Shown here: positions 9,406 to 19,204 of the stretch, piece by piece
How the letters are laid out: the number at the start of each line of letters is the position of its first letter
How positions within the stretch are numbered: position 1 is the first letter of the stretch
NCBI GenBank assembly: GCA_044228685.1
Contig: JBGAUL010000011.1
Span: 13,886 to 77,885 of the forward strand
DNA length: 64,000 nt
DNA from: Chlorobiota bacterium
GTDB taxonomy: Bacteria > Bacteroidota > Ignavibacteria > Kapaibacteriales > NICIL-2
Direction: 5' to 3'
Made by a program: the position numbers and the translations under genes
Notes under the pieces: generated by a model
What the model was told of the DNA's origin: nothing
The model's input: only the letters and a program-made list of their open reading frames with translations
Database searches by the model: none

Positions 9406-10836
9406 TTAGAGCATGTACTTGCTCAAGTCCACATTGTGTACCAGCGAAGCCAGTCGTTCTTGCACCATCGTCTTAGTGACGATCACGTTATTGTCGGCTA
9501 TGAGATCAGGTGCGTCAAAAAGAACCGGATCCAGCAAAGCAGACATCATTGTTTGCAATCGTCGTGCTCCAATATCGGCAATTTGATTGTTCACCGTCGC
9601 AGCCGTCTCTGCCAGCTCGCGAAGGGCTTCGTCTTCAAACACAATATTGACTCCTTCAACTGCCATCATTGCCTGCATTTGCTTGGTAAGAGCGTTTTCA
9701 GGCTGAGTGAGGATCTTGTAGAAGTCTTCAGCATGCAACGACTCAAGCTCTACACGAATTGGGAATCGTCCTTGCAACTCCGGAATGAGATCACTTGGTT
9801 TGGATACATGAAATGCACCGGATGCAATGAAGAGAACGTGGTCGGTCTTGAGTGCTCCATACTTCGTATGCACGGTCGAACCTTCAACGATTGGCAAGAG
9901 ATCACGCTGAACGCCTTCGCGGGAGACTTCGGGTCCGGACGACGCTGAGGACTTCGACGCGATCTTGTCGATCTCATCGATAAACACAATGCCGTTGTTC
10001 TCTGCTCTGCTTAGCGCTTCGCGAACCACAGCGTCCATGTCGATCAATTTTTCCGACTCTTCTTCTTCCAACAACACACGTGCTTCCGCGATGCTCATCT
10101 TCTTACGCTTGTTCTTCTTTGGCATCACGCCGGAAAACATCTCCTGAAGATTGATGCCCATGTCATCGAGTCCAATTGGTCCCATCACATGCATCGACGG
10201 CATCTGGTCCATCTCGATATCCAACTCTATTATTCGATCATCCAGCATTCCTTGCTGATACATGTGTCGCATGAGCTCACGAGTTTGCTCCCGATCCTCG
10301 TCGTTTTGCAACGCACTCACATCAAAGGATGCGTGCGGAATTGGAGGCATCAAAAGCTCAATAATCCGATTCTCGACGGCGAGAATTGCCTCGCGGTGCT
10401 TCTCGGCGCTGCGTTCGGCTCTCACCATTGCGACAGCCGTTTCGGCAAGATCTCGGATCATGCTCTCAACGTCTCGTCCAACATATCCGACCTCGGTGAA
10501 CTTGGTTGCTTCAACCTTCACAAAAGGTGCAGCTGTGAGTTTTGAGAGCCGTCGAGCGATCTCGGTCTTTCCCACTCCTGTTGGTCCAATCATCAAAATG
10601 TTGTTTGGAATAATCTCATCGCGCAAGTGACCACTGACCTGCTGACGACGCCAACGATTGCGCAAGGCAATTGCTACGGCGCGCTTGGCTTGATGTTGAC
10701 CGATGATGTACTTGTCTAGTTCATCGACGATCGCTCTTGGGGTCAATGATTTCGAAACATCAACGGTCTGCTCACTCACAGAGCTCGAATTCACTTCGTC
10801 GTTGATGTTATTGGTACTGAGTTCAATACTGTTCAT
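9406..10836 (-). CDS. hslU: ATP-dependent protease ATPase subunit HslU
   Basis: IGQHQAKRAVAIALRNRWRR...MIGPTGVGKTEIARRLSKL...FVKVEATKFTEVGYVGRDVES. ClpX-like AAA+ protein with an inserted I-domain. Confidence 0.92.
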   Translation of the reverse strand: MNSIELSTNNINDEVNSSSVSEQTVDVSKSLTPRAIVDELDKYIIGQHQAKRAVAIALRNRWRRQQVSGHLRDEIIPNNILMIGPTGVGKTEIARRLSKLTAAPFVKVEATKFTEVGYVGRDVESMIRDLAETAVAMVRAERSAEKHREAILAVENRIIELLMPPIPHASFDVSALQNDEDREQTRELMRHMYQQGMLDDRIIELDIEMDQMPSMHVMGPIGLDDMGINLQEMFSGVMPKKNKRKKMSIAEARVLLEEEESEKLIDMDAVVREALSRAENNGIVFIDEIDKIASKSSASSGPEVSREGVQRDLLPIVEGSTVHTKYGALKTDHVLFIASGAFHVSKPSDLIPELQGRFPIRVELESLHAEDFYKILTQPENALTKQMQAMMAVEGVNIVFEDEALRELAETAATVNNQIADIGARRLQTMMSALLDPVLFDAPDLIADNNVIVTKTMVQERLASLVHNVDLSKYML

Positions 10837-10919
10837 TTGATTTCAATTGTAATGCTGCAGGAGCGGCAGCAGCGATGGATGAAGAAGTTCCTCACGCGAA
10901 AGAGCGTGCGGAACCATGA

Positions 10920-11480
10920 CTACAATTCTTCTATACAAAGCTGATCATTGGTGTACACACAAATATCTGCTGCGATTTTTAGCGATTCCTCAACAATCTG
11001 TCGTTCCGTCATTGGTGTATGTTTCATCAGCGCTCGTGCGGCAGCAAGAGCGTAGTTGCCTCCGGAACCAATAGCAATGACGTTATCGTCCGGCACAATC
11101 ACATCCCCCGTTCCGCTCATCAAGAGCAACTCGCTGGAGTTCATCACAACCAGCATTGCCTCGAGCTGACGCAAGTACTTATCTGTTCTCCATTCTTTGG
11201 CTAGTTCAACCGCGCTGCGATAGAGTTGCCCGCGATGCAATTCAACCTTTTCTTCAAAGCGTTGAAGCAAGGTAAAAGCATCTGCCGTGGCTCCAGCGAA
11301 ACCACAGAGTATCGAGTTGTTGTGGATGCGTCGCACTTTCCGTGCACCGCGTTTGAGTACAGTTTGGTTAAAACTCACCTGACCATCAGCGCCCATACAG
11401 GCTTTGCCATCACGCAGCACAGCAACAACCGTGGTTGAACGAACAATGAGTTTTTCATCGGAAGCAGTAAATGCATTCAT
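10920..11480 (-). CDS. hslV: ATP-dependent protease subunit HslV
   Basis: N-terminal TTVVAVLRDGKACMGADGQVS (Thr1 N-terminal nucleophile protease), 186 aa, immediately upstream of hslU. Confidence 0.9.
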   Translation of the reverse strand: MNAFTASDEKLIVRSTTVVAVLRDGKACMGADGQVSFNQTVLKRGARKVRRIHNNSILCGFAGATADAFTLLQRFEEKVELHRGQLYRSAVELAKEWRTDKYLRQLEAMLVVMNSSELLLMSGTGDVIVPDDNVIAIGSGGNYALAAARALMKHTPMTERQIVEESLKIAADICVYTNDQLCIEEL

Positions 11481-11627
11481 GTGTCTGGTTGTTGTATTGT
11501 TTGTGATGCAACTCGTGTGACTAAGACGCTAAACAGGGTGATTCATTGGAGCGAGATACTTTGAGCAGGATCACATGGATTTCTGGATGAATTGGGTCAA
11601 ATTTCCCAATTCCCCGGGTTTTCTATC

Positions 11628-11999
11628 TCAACGTCTGCCTCGGAACAGAGGCCAAAGCATGAGAATTGAAAGGATAAACAAAACGCTGAGGAGCACGGCG
11701 ATTTGTTCGCGTTCCTGCCTGCCGTCCCAGACCTGACGCCAAACTTCCAGCGCACGCCAGGCAAAGCTGAGACTGAAGACACCGATGGTGGTTTGTAGAG
11801 CGGGTCCGGACCACACCACTGCACGTCGGTACAAGACTGCGAGTCCGCCCAGTACCAGCGCCGCGCCAATCCCACCAGCCAAAGCCGGAACAGCGTGAAG
11901 CGGACTAATCACAAAAGCAGAACAACCGCCGGCGAGCAGTAGCAATGCGTAGAGCATGACAAACAACGATGTGGTCTTTCTATTCACCGTAAGCTCCAT
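11628..11999 (-). CDS. Small hypothetical membrane protein (3-4 TM)
   Basis: 123 aa, hydrophobic segments only, no recognisable motif. Downstream of the ABC ATPase gene on the same strand. Confidence 0.35.
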   Translation of the reverse strand: MELTVNRKTTSLFVMLYALLLLAGGCSAFVISPLHAVPALAGGIGAALVLGGLAVLYRRAVVWSGPALQTTIGVFSLSFAWRALEVWRQVWDGRQEREQIAVLLSVLFILSILMLWPLFRGRR

Positions 12000-12090
12000 T
12001 GCAAACTCTGTACTCTGCCTCGTCGTGCTGATCGCGTTTCATGCTTTTAATGTTGATTTCGATTCTCTCACTCATATGATCAATTCACTT

Positions 12091-12789
12091 TCATGCTTGA
12101 GCAGCGCTCATAATTCTCCCGTCTCGCATCTGAATAATGCGCTGCGCTGACGCCGCTATCTCTGCGCTATGGGTTGCCACGATCATCGTCAATGAACGTT
12201 TTGATCGAATGTCCAAGAGAATCTCGAGTATGCTCATCGAATTAACGGAATCAAGATTACCCGTCGGCTCATCGGCAAAGAGGATTTCAGGATCATTGAT
12301 CAGCGCTCGAGCAATAGCGACGCGTTGTTGTTCACCTCCGCTGAGCTCTGATGGCTTGTGTTCCAAGCGATGACTCATTCCTACGCTCTCGAGCAACGAG
12401 GTAGCTTTGATCTGCGCTTCTTTCATAGCGGCACCGGCAATGAGCATGGGCATCATCACGTTTTCGCAAGCGGTGAATTCCGGGAGAAGTTGATGGAATT
12501 GAAAGATGAAGCCGATGTGCTTGTTGCGAATCTTTGAGAGCTCGGATATGGGAAGTTCAGTAATTCTAAGCGTCTCGGAGCCAATTTGCAGATCAATCGT
12601 GCCGCTGTCGGCTTTGTCGAGTGTTCCTAAGAGGTGTAGTAAGGTACTCTTTCCTGCACCTGATGGACCAACCAACGCCACAAACTCTCCTTTTTCAATA
12701 TCGAGCGATACCTCGCGTAAAACAACGGTATCGTTGGGTTGCAGGAGAGAATATGACTTGAATAGCTTTTCAGCGCGAATAAACGACAT
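12091..12789 (-). CDS. ABC transporter ATP-binding protein (LolD/FtsE/MacB-type)
   Basis: Walker A GPSGAGKSTLLHLLG, ABC signature LSGGEQQRVAIARAL, Walker B ILFADEPTGNLD, 232 aa. Confidence 0.85.
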   Translation of the reverse strand: MSFIRAEKLFKSYSLLQPNDTVVLREVSLDIEKGEFVALVGPSGAGKSTLLHLLGTLDKADSGTIDLQIGSETLRITELPISELSKIRNKHIGFIFQFHQLLPEFTACENVMMPMLIAGAAMKEAQIKATSLLESVGMSHRLEHKPSELSGGEQQRVAIARALINDPEILFADEPTGNLDSVNSMSILEILLDIRSKRSLTMIVATHSAEIAASAQRIIQMRDGRIMSAAQA

Positions 12790-12861
12790 GTTGGGTCCAG
12801 GTAGAGCAAAGCAAATTTAGTCAGCACCAGTATTTTTGTCCGTACTCAAATCAAACACTGT

Positions 12862-14253
12862 GTGAATCCTCCTTCTCTTCTCGGTCATAGCGCTCAATTA
12901 CTCCGCATCATTCGCAAGTCGCCACAACCGGCAGATGTTCTGACCTCGGGCTATATGCGCGACCATAAGTACATCGGTGCTTCCGATCGCCGCTTCGTGT
13001 CCGCGATGGTTTTTATGTGTCAGCGACTACTCGGCAGCCTGGACATCATCACAGAAGAAATTTTACGCAGCGATACTCGCTTTAGCGGCGTTGAAATCAA
13101 TCACTTGCAAGTCGCCTCGGCGGCTGTTTTGCACACTGATTTGGGACACAGTGCCTTTCATTCAGAATCGTCGCGCACTGCAGAGCAAAACAGCAAGCTC
13201 AGTGAATTTGTTGCTGAATTCCTTGTGCAGCGATGTTCCCTCGACCCTGAAGTTGCCAAGGGTTTTATCTCCGTCGCCGAGCAGAGTTTGGAGCGTATTC
13301 TGGGAAGAAATGATGATGTATCTCAGGTCTGTCGGCACGCAATGCCGCTGTGGATCATCAAAGCACTTGGACGTATCTACGATGAGTCCACGGTTTTGTC
13401 TCTATGTCGAAGCTTCCTACAGCCTGCGCCACTCTTTCTTCGCGTCAATACTCTGCAAATCAGTCGTGATGAGGTATTGCGTCGACTGTCGGACAACGGC
13501 ATTGCCGCCGAGGCCGGTCGTTATTCTCCTTACGCTATTTGTATCCACGAGCGAACCCAATTGACACAGACGGAGCTCTACGCGAGTGGAGCGATTGAGG
13601 TTCAGGATGAGGGATCGCAAATCGTCAGTTTGGCTCTTGATGTTCACGAACATGCTTCAGTGCTCGATGCATGCGCCGGTGCCGGTGGTAAGAGTTTGCA
13701 CATTGCAGTTCTTCAGCACGACAACGGTCGTATCGTGGCATCTGATCGTGAACCCAAGCGTATGCGTGAATTGCAGCAACGTGCTTCGAAAGCAGGACTG
13801 AAGTCTATCGAGCTAAAGGCTTTGGCTTCTGCAGATCCGCCCGCTAATCCTCGTCAATTGTTTGATTATGTCTTGATTGACGCACCCTGCAGTGGCATGG
13901 GAACGATCCGTCGTTCGCCTATGCTGAAATGGCGCTTAAGCGAAGATGCTCTGCGTCGTATAAACGAACGTCAATTTGAAATCATACAGCAGTATGCAGC
14001 TTGGTTGAAACCAGGCGGTGTTTTGGAATACTGCACCTGCTCTATTCTGCCGGAAGAGAATGAAGATATTGTGCGAAGATTCATGACAGCTCAACCAAGC
14101 TTTTCGGCCGATGCTGTTAAAGTGCATCTTAGCGCTCATCAATGCGAGATTCCTGAGCTGACGGACCAAGACTTCGAACTGCGTCTTGATCCTCTGCATC
14201 ACCAAAGTGATGGCTTTTATATTGCGCGATTACTCAAGAACGCTGAAGAATGA
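12862..14253 (+). CDS. rsmB: 16S rRNA m5C methyltransferase, NOL1/NOP2/Sun family (RsmB-like)
   Basis: SAM motifs DACAGAGGKS and DAPCSGMGTIRR, with an N-terminal NusB-like region. Confidence 0.8.
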   Translation: MNPPSLLGHSAQLLRIIRKSPQPADVLTSGYMRDHKYIGASDRRFVSAMVFMCQRLLGSLDIITEEILRSDTRFSGVEINHLQVASAAVLHTDLGHSAFHSESSRTAEQNSKLSEFVAEFLVQRCSLDPEVAKGFISVAEQSLERILGRNDDVSQVCRHAMPLWIIKALGRIYDESTVLSLCRSFLQPAPLFLRVNTLQISRDEVLRRLSDNGIAAEAGRYSPYAICIHERTQLTQTELYASGAIEVQDEGSQIVSLALDVHEHASVLDACAGAGGKSLHIAVLQHDNGRIVASDREPKRMRELQQRASKAGLKSIELKALASADPPANPRQLFDYVLIDAPCSGMGTIRRSPMLKWRLSEDALRRINERQFEIIQQYAAWLKPGGVLEYCTCSILPEENEDIVRRFMTAQPSFSADAVKVHLSAHQCEIPELTDQDFELRLDPLHHQSDGFYIARLLKNAEE

Positions 14254-14882
14254 GCACAGATCTATCAAGGCCGCTGAATGCCGAAGAACGCCGTCAATTC
14301 CCTATCCTCATGTTTGATCTTGGTGGCGTGCTCTATCACATCAATCTCAAAAGAACGAGTGATTGTTTTTCCCTGTTGGCCGGTCGTCCCGTCGATTTCT
14401 CACTGACCGCCCAGCACGCTGTTTTCGATGCATTTGAACGTGGCGAGCTCGATGCCAGAGCCTTCCGATCTGCTTTGCGAGACGCTTATGGTTTTAATGC
14501 TTCTGATGAGGAAATGGATGCTGCATGGAACGCACTACTGGTTGGACTTGATGATCGTTCCTGTGCTTGGCTGGATGCTCTGTCGTCAAATCATCGCATC
14601 ATTCTACTCTCAAACATCAACGAGATACATCATCGAGGGATTGCGGATGAATGTGCCGGACTCTTCTCTCGTTTTGAGCATTTGTTTTTGTCTTATGAAA
14701 CAGGTCATCGCAAACCGGAGGCCGAGATCTACCAGCTCGTGCTTCGTGAGATGAACTGTCCTGCATCAGACATTCTCTATTTCGACGACGCGCCTCAACA
14801 CGTTGCTACTGCACGATCATTAGGTATTCATTCCGTGCAGGTTCCTTCCATCGACTCTATGCCTCAGATTCTTGCATTGTAG
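14250..14882 (+). CDS. HAD-superfamily hydrolase (subfamily IA-like)
   Basis: Motif I FDLGGVL, ...LLSNIN..., and FDDAPQHV (motif IV-like). The start overlaps the rsmB stop (ATGA). Confidence 0.65.
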   Translation: MSTDLSRPLNAEERRQFPILMFDLGGVLYHINLKRTSDCFSLLAGRPVDFSLTAQHAVFDAFERGELDARAFRSALRDAYGFNASDEEMDAAWNALLVGLDDRSCAWLDALSSNHRIILLSNINEIHHRGIADECAGLFSRFEHLFLSYETGHRKPEAEIYQLVLREMNCPASDILYFDDAPQHVATARSLGIHSVQVPSIDSMPQILAL

Positions 14883-14895
14883 CCGCATTCAACTT

Positions 14896-15714
14896 TTACT
14901 TAGCCGGAAGTAGAATACTGTAACTCATATAGGTCAGAGTTGCGCTAAAGCAGAAGTGAAAAATCAGTACGCCGAGAGCGTAGCCGAGACCGACAATAGG
15001 ACGACGATTTTGAAAGGAACTGGCTGCTACGCCTATTGCAGCATACTGCCAGACCAAGAACACATCGAATTTTGATACTAAGTCGTTGAGAAATGGATGC
15101 TCTTGAAATGGAAAGAGAAACCAGAACGAGAAGCTGGCATTGATGTTATGCATCGACAACTGAAGTCCGGTCGTCAGGATTAAACCAATCATGTTGATGC
15201 TCAAACTATAGGAGGTCATACCTACAAAGGCGAGCATGCGAATAGGTTGCTGACTCACCACGCGATGCACAAGCCAAAAGACTATAGCAATGATTGCAAC
15301 GCCTACAAATCCAGTTTGAATCAGACTATTGGCTAAGCGTTGTGTGAACTGGAAGTCGTTTTCGATAGCGTGTAACTGAGCACCGGCAAGCTTCGGAATG
15401 AAATTGAGACAAAACAATGCCTGCTCGCGCAACTCTTGATTGGACCAACGAAGCCACTGCGAAATACAGTACACGATGGCATTCAGAACAGCACCTGAGA
15501 CGAAGATCTTGTAGACATTAGCACCGCGCAGTGCATCAAGCTCATGTGGTTTGGTGAGGATTTGAATAAATCCCGGCCACCACGAACCCATCTTTTGTTT
15601 GGTATTACTCTCTACGCCAATCATGCTGTCGGAGCCCATGCTGGATGGTCCCGGGGCTTGCGTGCCCTCTGGCAAATCGTGTTCCGGATGCGATTGCGAT
15701 TCTAATTCACTCAT
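14896..15714 (-). CDS. Multi-pass membrane protein (Yip1-like)
   Basis: 272 aa with an N-terminal hydrophilic region then about 5 TM helices. The start overlaps the stop of the upstream amidotransferase gene by 4 nt. Confidence 0.35.
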   Translation of the reverse strand: MSELESQSHPEHDLPEGTQAPGPSSMGSDSMIGVESNTKQKMGSWWPGFIQILTKPHELDALRGANVYKIFVSGAVLNAIVYCISQWLRWSNQELREQALFCLNFIPKLAGAQLHAIENDFQFTQRLANSLIQTGFVGVAIIAIVFWLVHRVVSQQPIRMLAFVGMTSYSLSINMIGLILTTGLQLSMHNINASFSFWFLFPFQEHPFLNDLVSKFDVFLVWQYAAIGVAASSFQNRRPIVGLGYALGVLIFHFCFSATLTYMSYSILLPAK

Positions 15715-16463
15715 GCCGATTGTTCCTCCCCGGTTGCTTTGAAGTAGTCTCGTCCTTTCATCAGCGCCTCGTAACTCTCACATTCAAAACAGAAGAATTC
15801 TGCTACAGAATGACTAAATGGGTTCTCGAATTCTAAGCGCTCAGGATGCCATTGCACTGCGAGAATTACTGAAGTACCAACAAACTCTGTTGATTCAAAG
15901 GCTTCGATGATGCCGTCGCTGGAGCGCGCCGAAACTTGGAAAACATCGGCGAGTTGATCGACGGCTTGGTGGTGGGCTGAATTGACTTCGCCTTCGAGTT
16001 GACGACAGATTTTCTTGAACAAGGATTCAGGTTCCACCGAAAGATCATGTCGGGAATCATGGTGATTATGCGCGGCATGCTGGAGTGATCCCGGTCGATC
16101 GCTTGGTATATCCACAATCAAAGTTCCGCCAAAGGCCACATTCAACATTTGCGCACCACGGCACACACCGAGTATCGGCAGCTTCAATTCGCGAGCGTGG
16201 TGAACAAGTTGAAACTCGAATTCATCGCGCTCGGGATCGACGTGACAACGATGGTAGTCTTCGGCGCGACCATAGCGCTCCGGGACAACATCTGCCCCAC
16301 CTGTGAAAACAATTCCGCTGCACTGCTGCAGAATGTCACGATGCTTTGCCGGATCAATCTCCGCCATGTCGAAGAACTCGAGATCCGGTCGCACTCGATG
16401 CATCCACTCTGCATAACGAAGGTACTTTGGAGATCCTGATGCTTTTGATAATGCTATTTTCAT
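15711..16463 (-). CDS. Class I glutamine amidotransferase-like / peptidase C26 (gamma-glutamyl hydrolase family)
   Basis: Catalytic triad context LPILGVCRGAQMLNVAFGGTL ... H..., 250 aa. Overlaps the lpxK stop by 4 nt. Confidence 0.7.
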   Translation of the reverse strand: MKIALSKASGSPKYLRYAEWMHRVRPDLEFFDMAEIDPAKHRDILQQCSGIVFTGGADVVPERYGRAEDYHRCHVDPERDEFEFQLVHHARELKLPILGVCRGAQMLNVAFGGTLIVDIPSDRPGSLQHAAHNHHDSRHDLSVEPESLFKKICRQLEGEVNSAHHQAVDQLADVFQVSARSSDGIIEAFESTEFVGTSVILAVQWHPERLEFENPFSHSVAEFFCFECESYEALMKGRDYFKATGEEQSA

Positions 16464-17524
16464 GCTTTGTTTGTGTTCTGGAACGAATGAAAAACCTCGC
16501 CCATGAGTTTAGCCCACCCGTCGGAATTCTCAATTGCCATTTTGATGCACAAGACCCGCAGATCGAGTCCAGCGTCTTTAAAAATGCCTGCAAACTGTTC
16601 TAGCTTAACCGCATCTTTTTCGGTGCACACGAGTGTCGATGCTCCAACCGACAACGCTTCTGCAACCAACTCATTGCAATCGCTTTCACTAAAAAAATGA
16701 TGGTCGCGAAAATACCGCTCAGCACCGCAATCAATATCTTCAGCCTCAAGTGTGGCACGAAACCTCTCAGGTTGTGCGATCGCACAAAAAGCAAACACAG
16801 TTCCGCTTGGCGCACTTGTCGTTTGACCCTGAATATCGGTCCAGCGATCAACAACAGTTCTACATGGAAACAAAGGTGCTGTCGTGTATTCGCGAACTTC
16901 TCCGGAGTCAACACTTTCTCGAAGCAGCACGCACGAAGCGCGTTTTAAGTTCTTCAATGGTTCGCGGAGTAGGCCTTGTGGCAGAACCTGTGAGTTATCC
17001 AGGGTAGCACGATCTACGATCACGATGTCGAGGTCCCGTCCGAATTGTCGGTGTTGGAACGCATCATCAAGCACGATACAATCCACCTCAAACTCGCGAA
17101 TCGCTCTGGTTGCGCCGTGAAAACGGACTTCAGCGGCAATTACTACACATCCCGGAAGTGAATGTGCGAGCATGGCTAGTTCGTCGCCGGATTGATCTAC
17201 CTCGACCAAAGGCGCGAGACCGTCACTGACCACCACGACCCCACGTGAACTACGCCGATAGCCTCTAGATATAAGCGCCGGACGATGTCCTAGTCTCTGC
17301 AATTCGCGAACAATAGCCGCCACGACAGGCGACTTTCCGCTTCCACCTACGCTCAGATTTCCCACGCTGATGACCGGAACTGCAACACGACGCACTCCTT
17401 TGCCGCGATTGTAACGCGCGTTGCGAAAGGCGACGAAGCCGGAGTAAAGTGTTCCAAGAAGTGGACGGAGCATCTGGCTGTTTTGAAGAAAATCTCTTAG
17501 TGAATGCGCATGAAGTGCATGCAA
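16460..17524 (-). CDS. lpxK: Tetraacyldisaccharide 4'-kinase LpxK
   Basis: P-loop SVGNLSVGGSGKSPVV, characteristic of LpxK, 354 aa. Confidence 0.85.
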   Translation of the reverse strand: MHALHAHSLRDFLQNSQMLRPLLGTLYSGFVAFRNARYNRGKGVRRVAVPVISVGNLSVGGSGKSPVVAAIVRELQRLGHRPALISRGYRRSSRGVVVVSDGLAPLVEVDQSGDELAMLAHSLPGCVVIAAEVRFHGATRAIREFEVDCIVLDDAFQHRQFGRDLDIVIVDRATLDNSQVLPQGLLREPLKNLKRASCVLLRESVDSGEVREYTTAPLFPCRTVVDRWTDIQGQTTSAPSGTVFAFCAIAQPERFRATLEAEDIDCGAERYFRDHHFFSESDCNELVAEALSVGASTLVCTEKDAVKLEQFAGIFKDAGLDLRVLCIKMAIENSDGWAKLMGEVFHSFQNTNKA

Positions 17525-17593
17525 ACTACGACCAATACACGCGAGTCTGAAATCTGCTTGACTCGGCAGCGGCTAATAGTGTAGATTGACCTT

Positions 17594-18103
17594 ATGTCCA
17601 CGCCAACTACTCCATCGTCGTCTCATCGTCCCAAATCACAAATCACTTGGATTTGTCAGCACTGCAGCGAACTCAGTGCTCTTGAGCTTCTGCGCATTCT
17701 TCAGCTGAGAGCTGATGTATTTGTTGTGGAACAAGAGTGCATTTACGAGGATCCGGATCACTTCGATGCCGATGCTTTGCATCTGCAAGCATTTGAAAAC
17801 AATATGCTTGTAGCTTACGCTCGTTTACTCCCACCACGTACCAGATTCGCTGAAGCAAGTATTGGTCGTGTGCTCACACGTCGCAGTCATCGTGGTCTCG
17901 GACTTGGTCGTAAACTCATGAAAGAAGCAATGGAACGCTGTACAATGGCCTACCAATGCAACGAGATTCGACTATCTGCACAGGTCTATTTGTTGAAATT
18001 CTACGTAGATCTCGGCTTTGTAGAGCAATCCGCGCATTATTTGGAGGATGGTATTCCACATGTGGAAATGCTGTGGAAAAGTCAGGAATCGAAACAGGCT
18101 TAG
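17594..18103 (+). CDS. GNAT family N-acetyltransferase (ElaA-like)
   Basis: LRILQLRADVFVVEQECIYEDPD...DADALHL... and the RGLGLGRKLM acetyl-CoA-binding motif. Confidence 0.7.
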   Translation: MSTPTTPSSSHRPKSQITWICQHCSELSALELLRILQLRADVFVVEQECIYEDPDHFDADALHLQAFENNMLVAYARLLPPRTRFAEASIGRVLTRRSHRGLGLGRKLMKEAMERCTMAYQCNEIRLSAQVYLLKFYVDLGFVEQSAHYLEDGIPHVEMLWKSQESKQA

Positions 18104-18153
18104 ATCAGAAAGCTGCACTAGCATATCGACAAGCGTCTTCTTCAAAGCGAACA

Positions 18154-19107
18154 CTAGAATCGCAGATTGTACCGAAGACCCGCAATTACAACGAGTTGTG
18201 TTGATTTTGAAAGTGCATTGCTATTGCCTTTGAGCACCTTGAGCAGATCTCGTTGAAAAGAGACGAGGATTGTTGGATCCAACGAAACACTAAATCCAGA
18301 GCCCAGATTGTAGTCAGCGTATAGATCGATACTCGTGGAGCTAATTCCCTTCACATTCAGGGTCCCGCTCAACTTCACGCCTTTATACTTGTATTTGGAT
18401 GACGAGTATGCTATTGAAAATCCGGGAGTTAAAGAAAAGCGCTCTGCTTTGTCTAGGGTGTAGGTCTTTGACAATACAAGGCTAAGATAATTCGCGCTTG
18501 GTACACCGAAATAGTGATCCAAACACAGACTGATATCTATGAAGTCAGGATAGAAGTCAGCAGCAAAAGACATGATCACCGGATTCGATGCCAGTGCGTT
18601 GATGGTATCATTGGGAAATCGATTGAGCGTCAGGTCAGCACTGAGATCACACCAATCTGCCGCAGAAAAGGTGTAGCCGCCATTGATTGTTGTTTGTTGA
18701 TATTCCGCGTTGGATCCAAAGCGTTGCGTGCCGGTTATCGAAGCGTACAGTCCACTCTCATGACTGAGTTTGAGCGAGAAATCTCCGGTTGGTGCATTTC
18801 CACTTAGGTCTACCCCGTCGTGCTGCTTTTGGGTGCTAAAAACTGTCTTTGCCTGCGCTTTCCATTTGTGATGCACTACCGGTTCCGATATTTCAGCACT
18901 GTCAACTGAAGAGTCGCTTTCTGTTGAATCGACATCCTCGGTCTCTGTTGCCGTTGAATCTGTTTGCATAGAGTCTCTGAGATTGTAGAACGCTAGTGGC
19001 GCAGCATGACGGAAAGCTACAGCTTGGGTCTGCAGCTGCAAGAGACAGAAAAGAAGCAGAAAGACAAAGCAGGACGAAGTGTATTTGATCATGAGCGTGT
19101 GGACCAT
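18154..19107 (-). CDS. Putative outer-membrane beta-barrel protein with acidic Ser/Asp/Glu-rich N-terminal region
   Basis: Signal peptide, a roughly 50-aa acidic low-complexity segment, then amphipathic beta-strands, and a C-terminal ...GLRYNLRF ending in an aromatic residue. Confidence 0.45.
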   Translation of the reverse strand: MVHTLMIKYTSSCFVFLLLFCLLQLQTQAVAFRHAAPLAFYNLRDSMQTDSTATETEDVDSTESDSSVDSAEISEPVVHHKWKAQAKTVFSTQKQHDGVDLSGNAPTGDFSLKLSHESGLYASITGTQRFGSNAEYQQTTINGGYTFSAADWCDLSADLTLNRFPNDTINALASNPVIMSFAADFYPDFIDISLCLDHYFGVPSANYLSLVLSKTYTLDKAERFSLTPGFSIAYSSSKYKYKGVKLSGTLNVKGISSTSIDLYADYNLGSGFSVSLDPTILVSFQRDLLKVLKGNSNALSKSTQLVVIAGLRYNLRF

Positions 19108-19204
19108 TTAAACTTTGTCGGCAAAAGTTGGATTTGGGTTTAACACGCCCTTACATTTTTCCGCCGCACTGATAATCAATGCCGGACGTACGAATGCACT
19201 TGGA

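Noticed and set aside
11597-11627. Hairpin gaattggg/cccaattc just past the stop of the 123-aa membrane-protein gene
   Set aside because: A good stem, but no U-tract follows on the sense strand, so it is not called as an intrinsic terminator.
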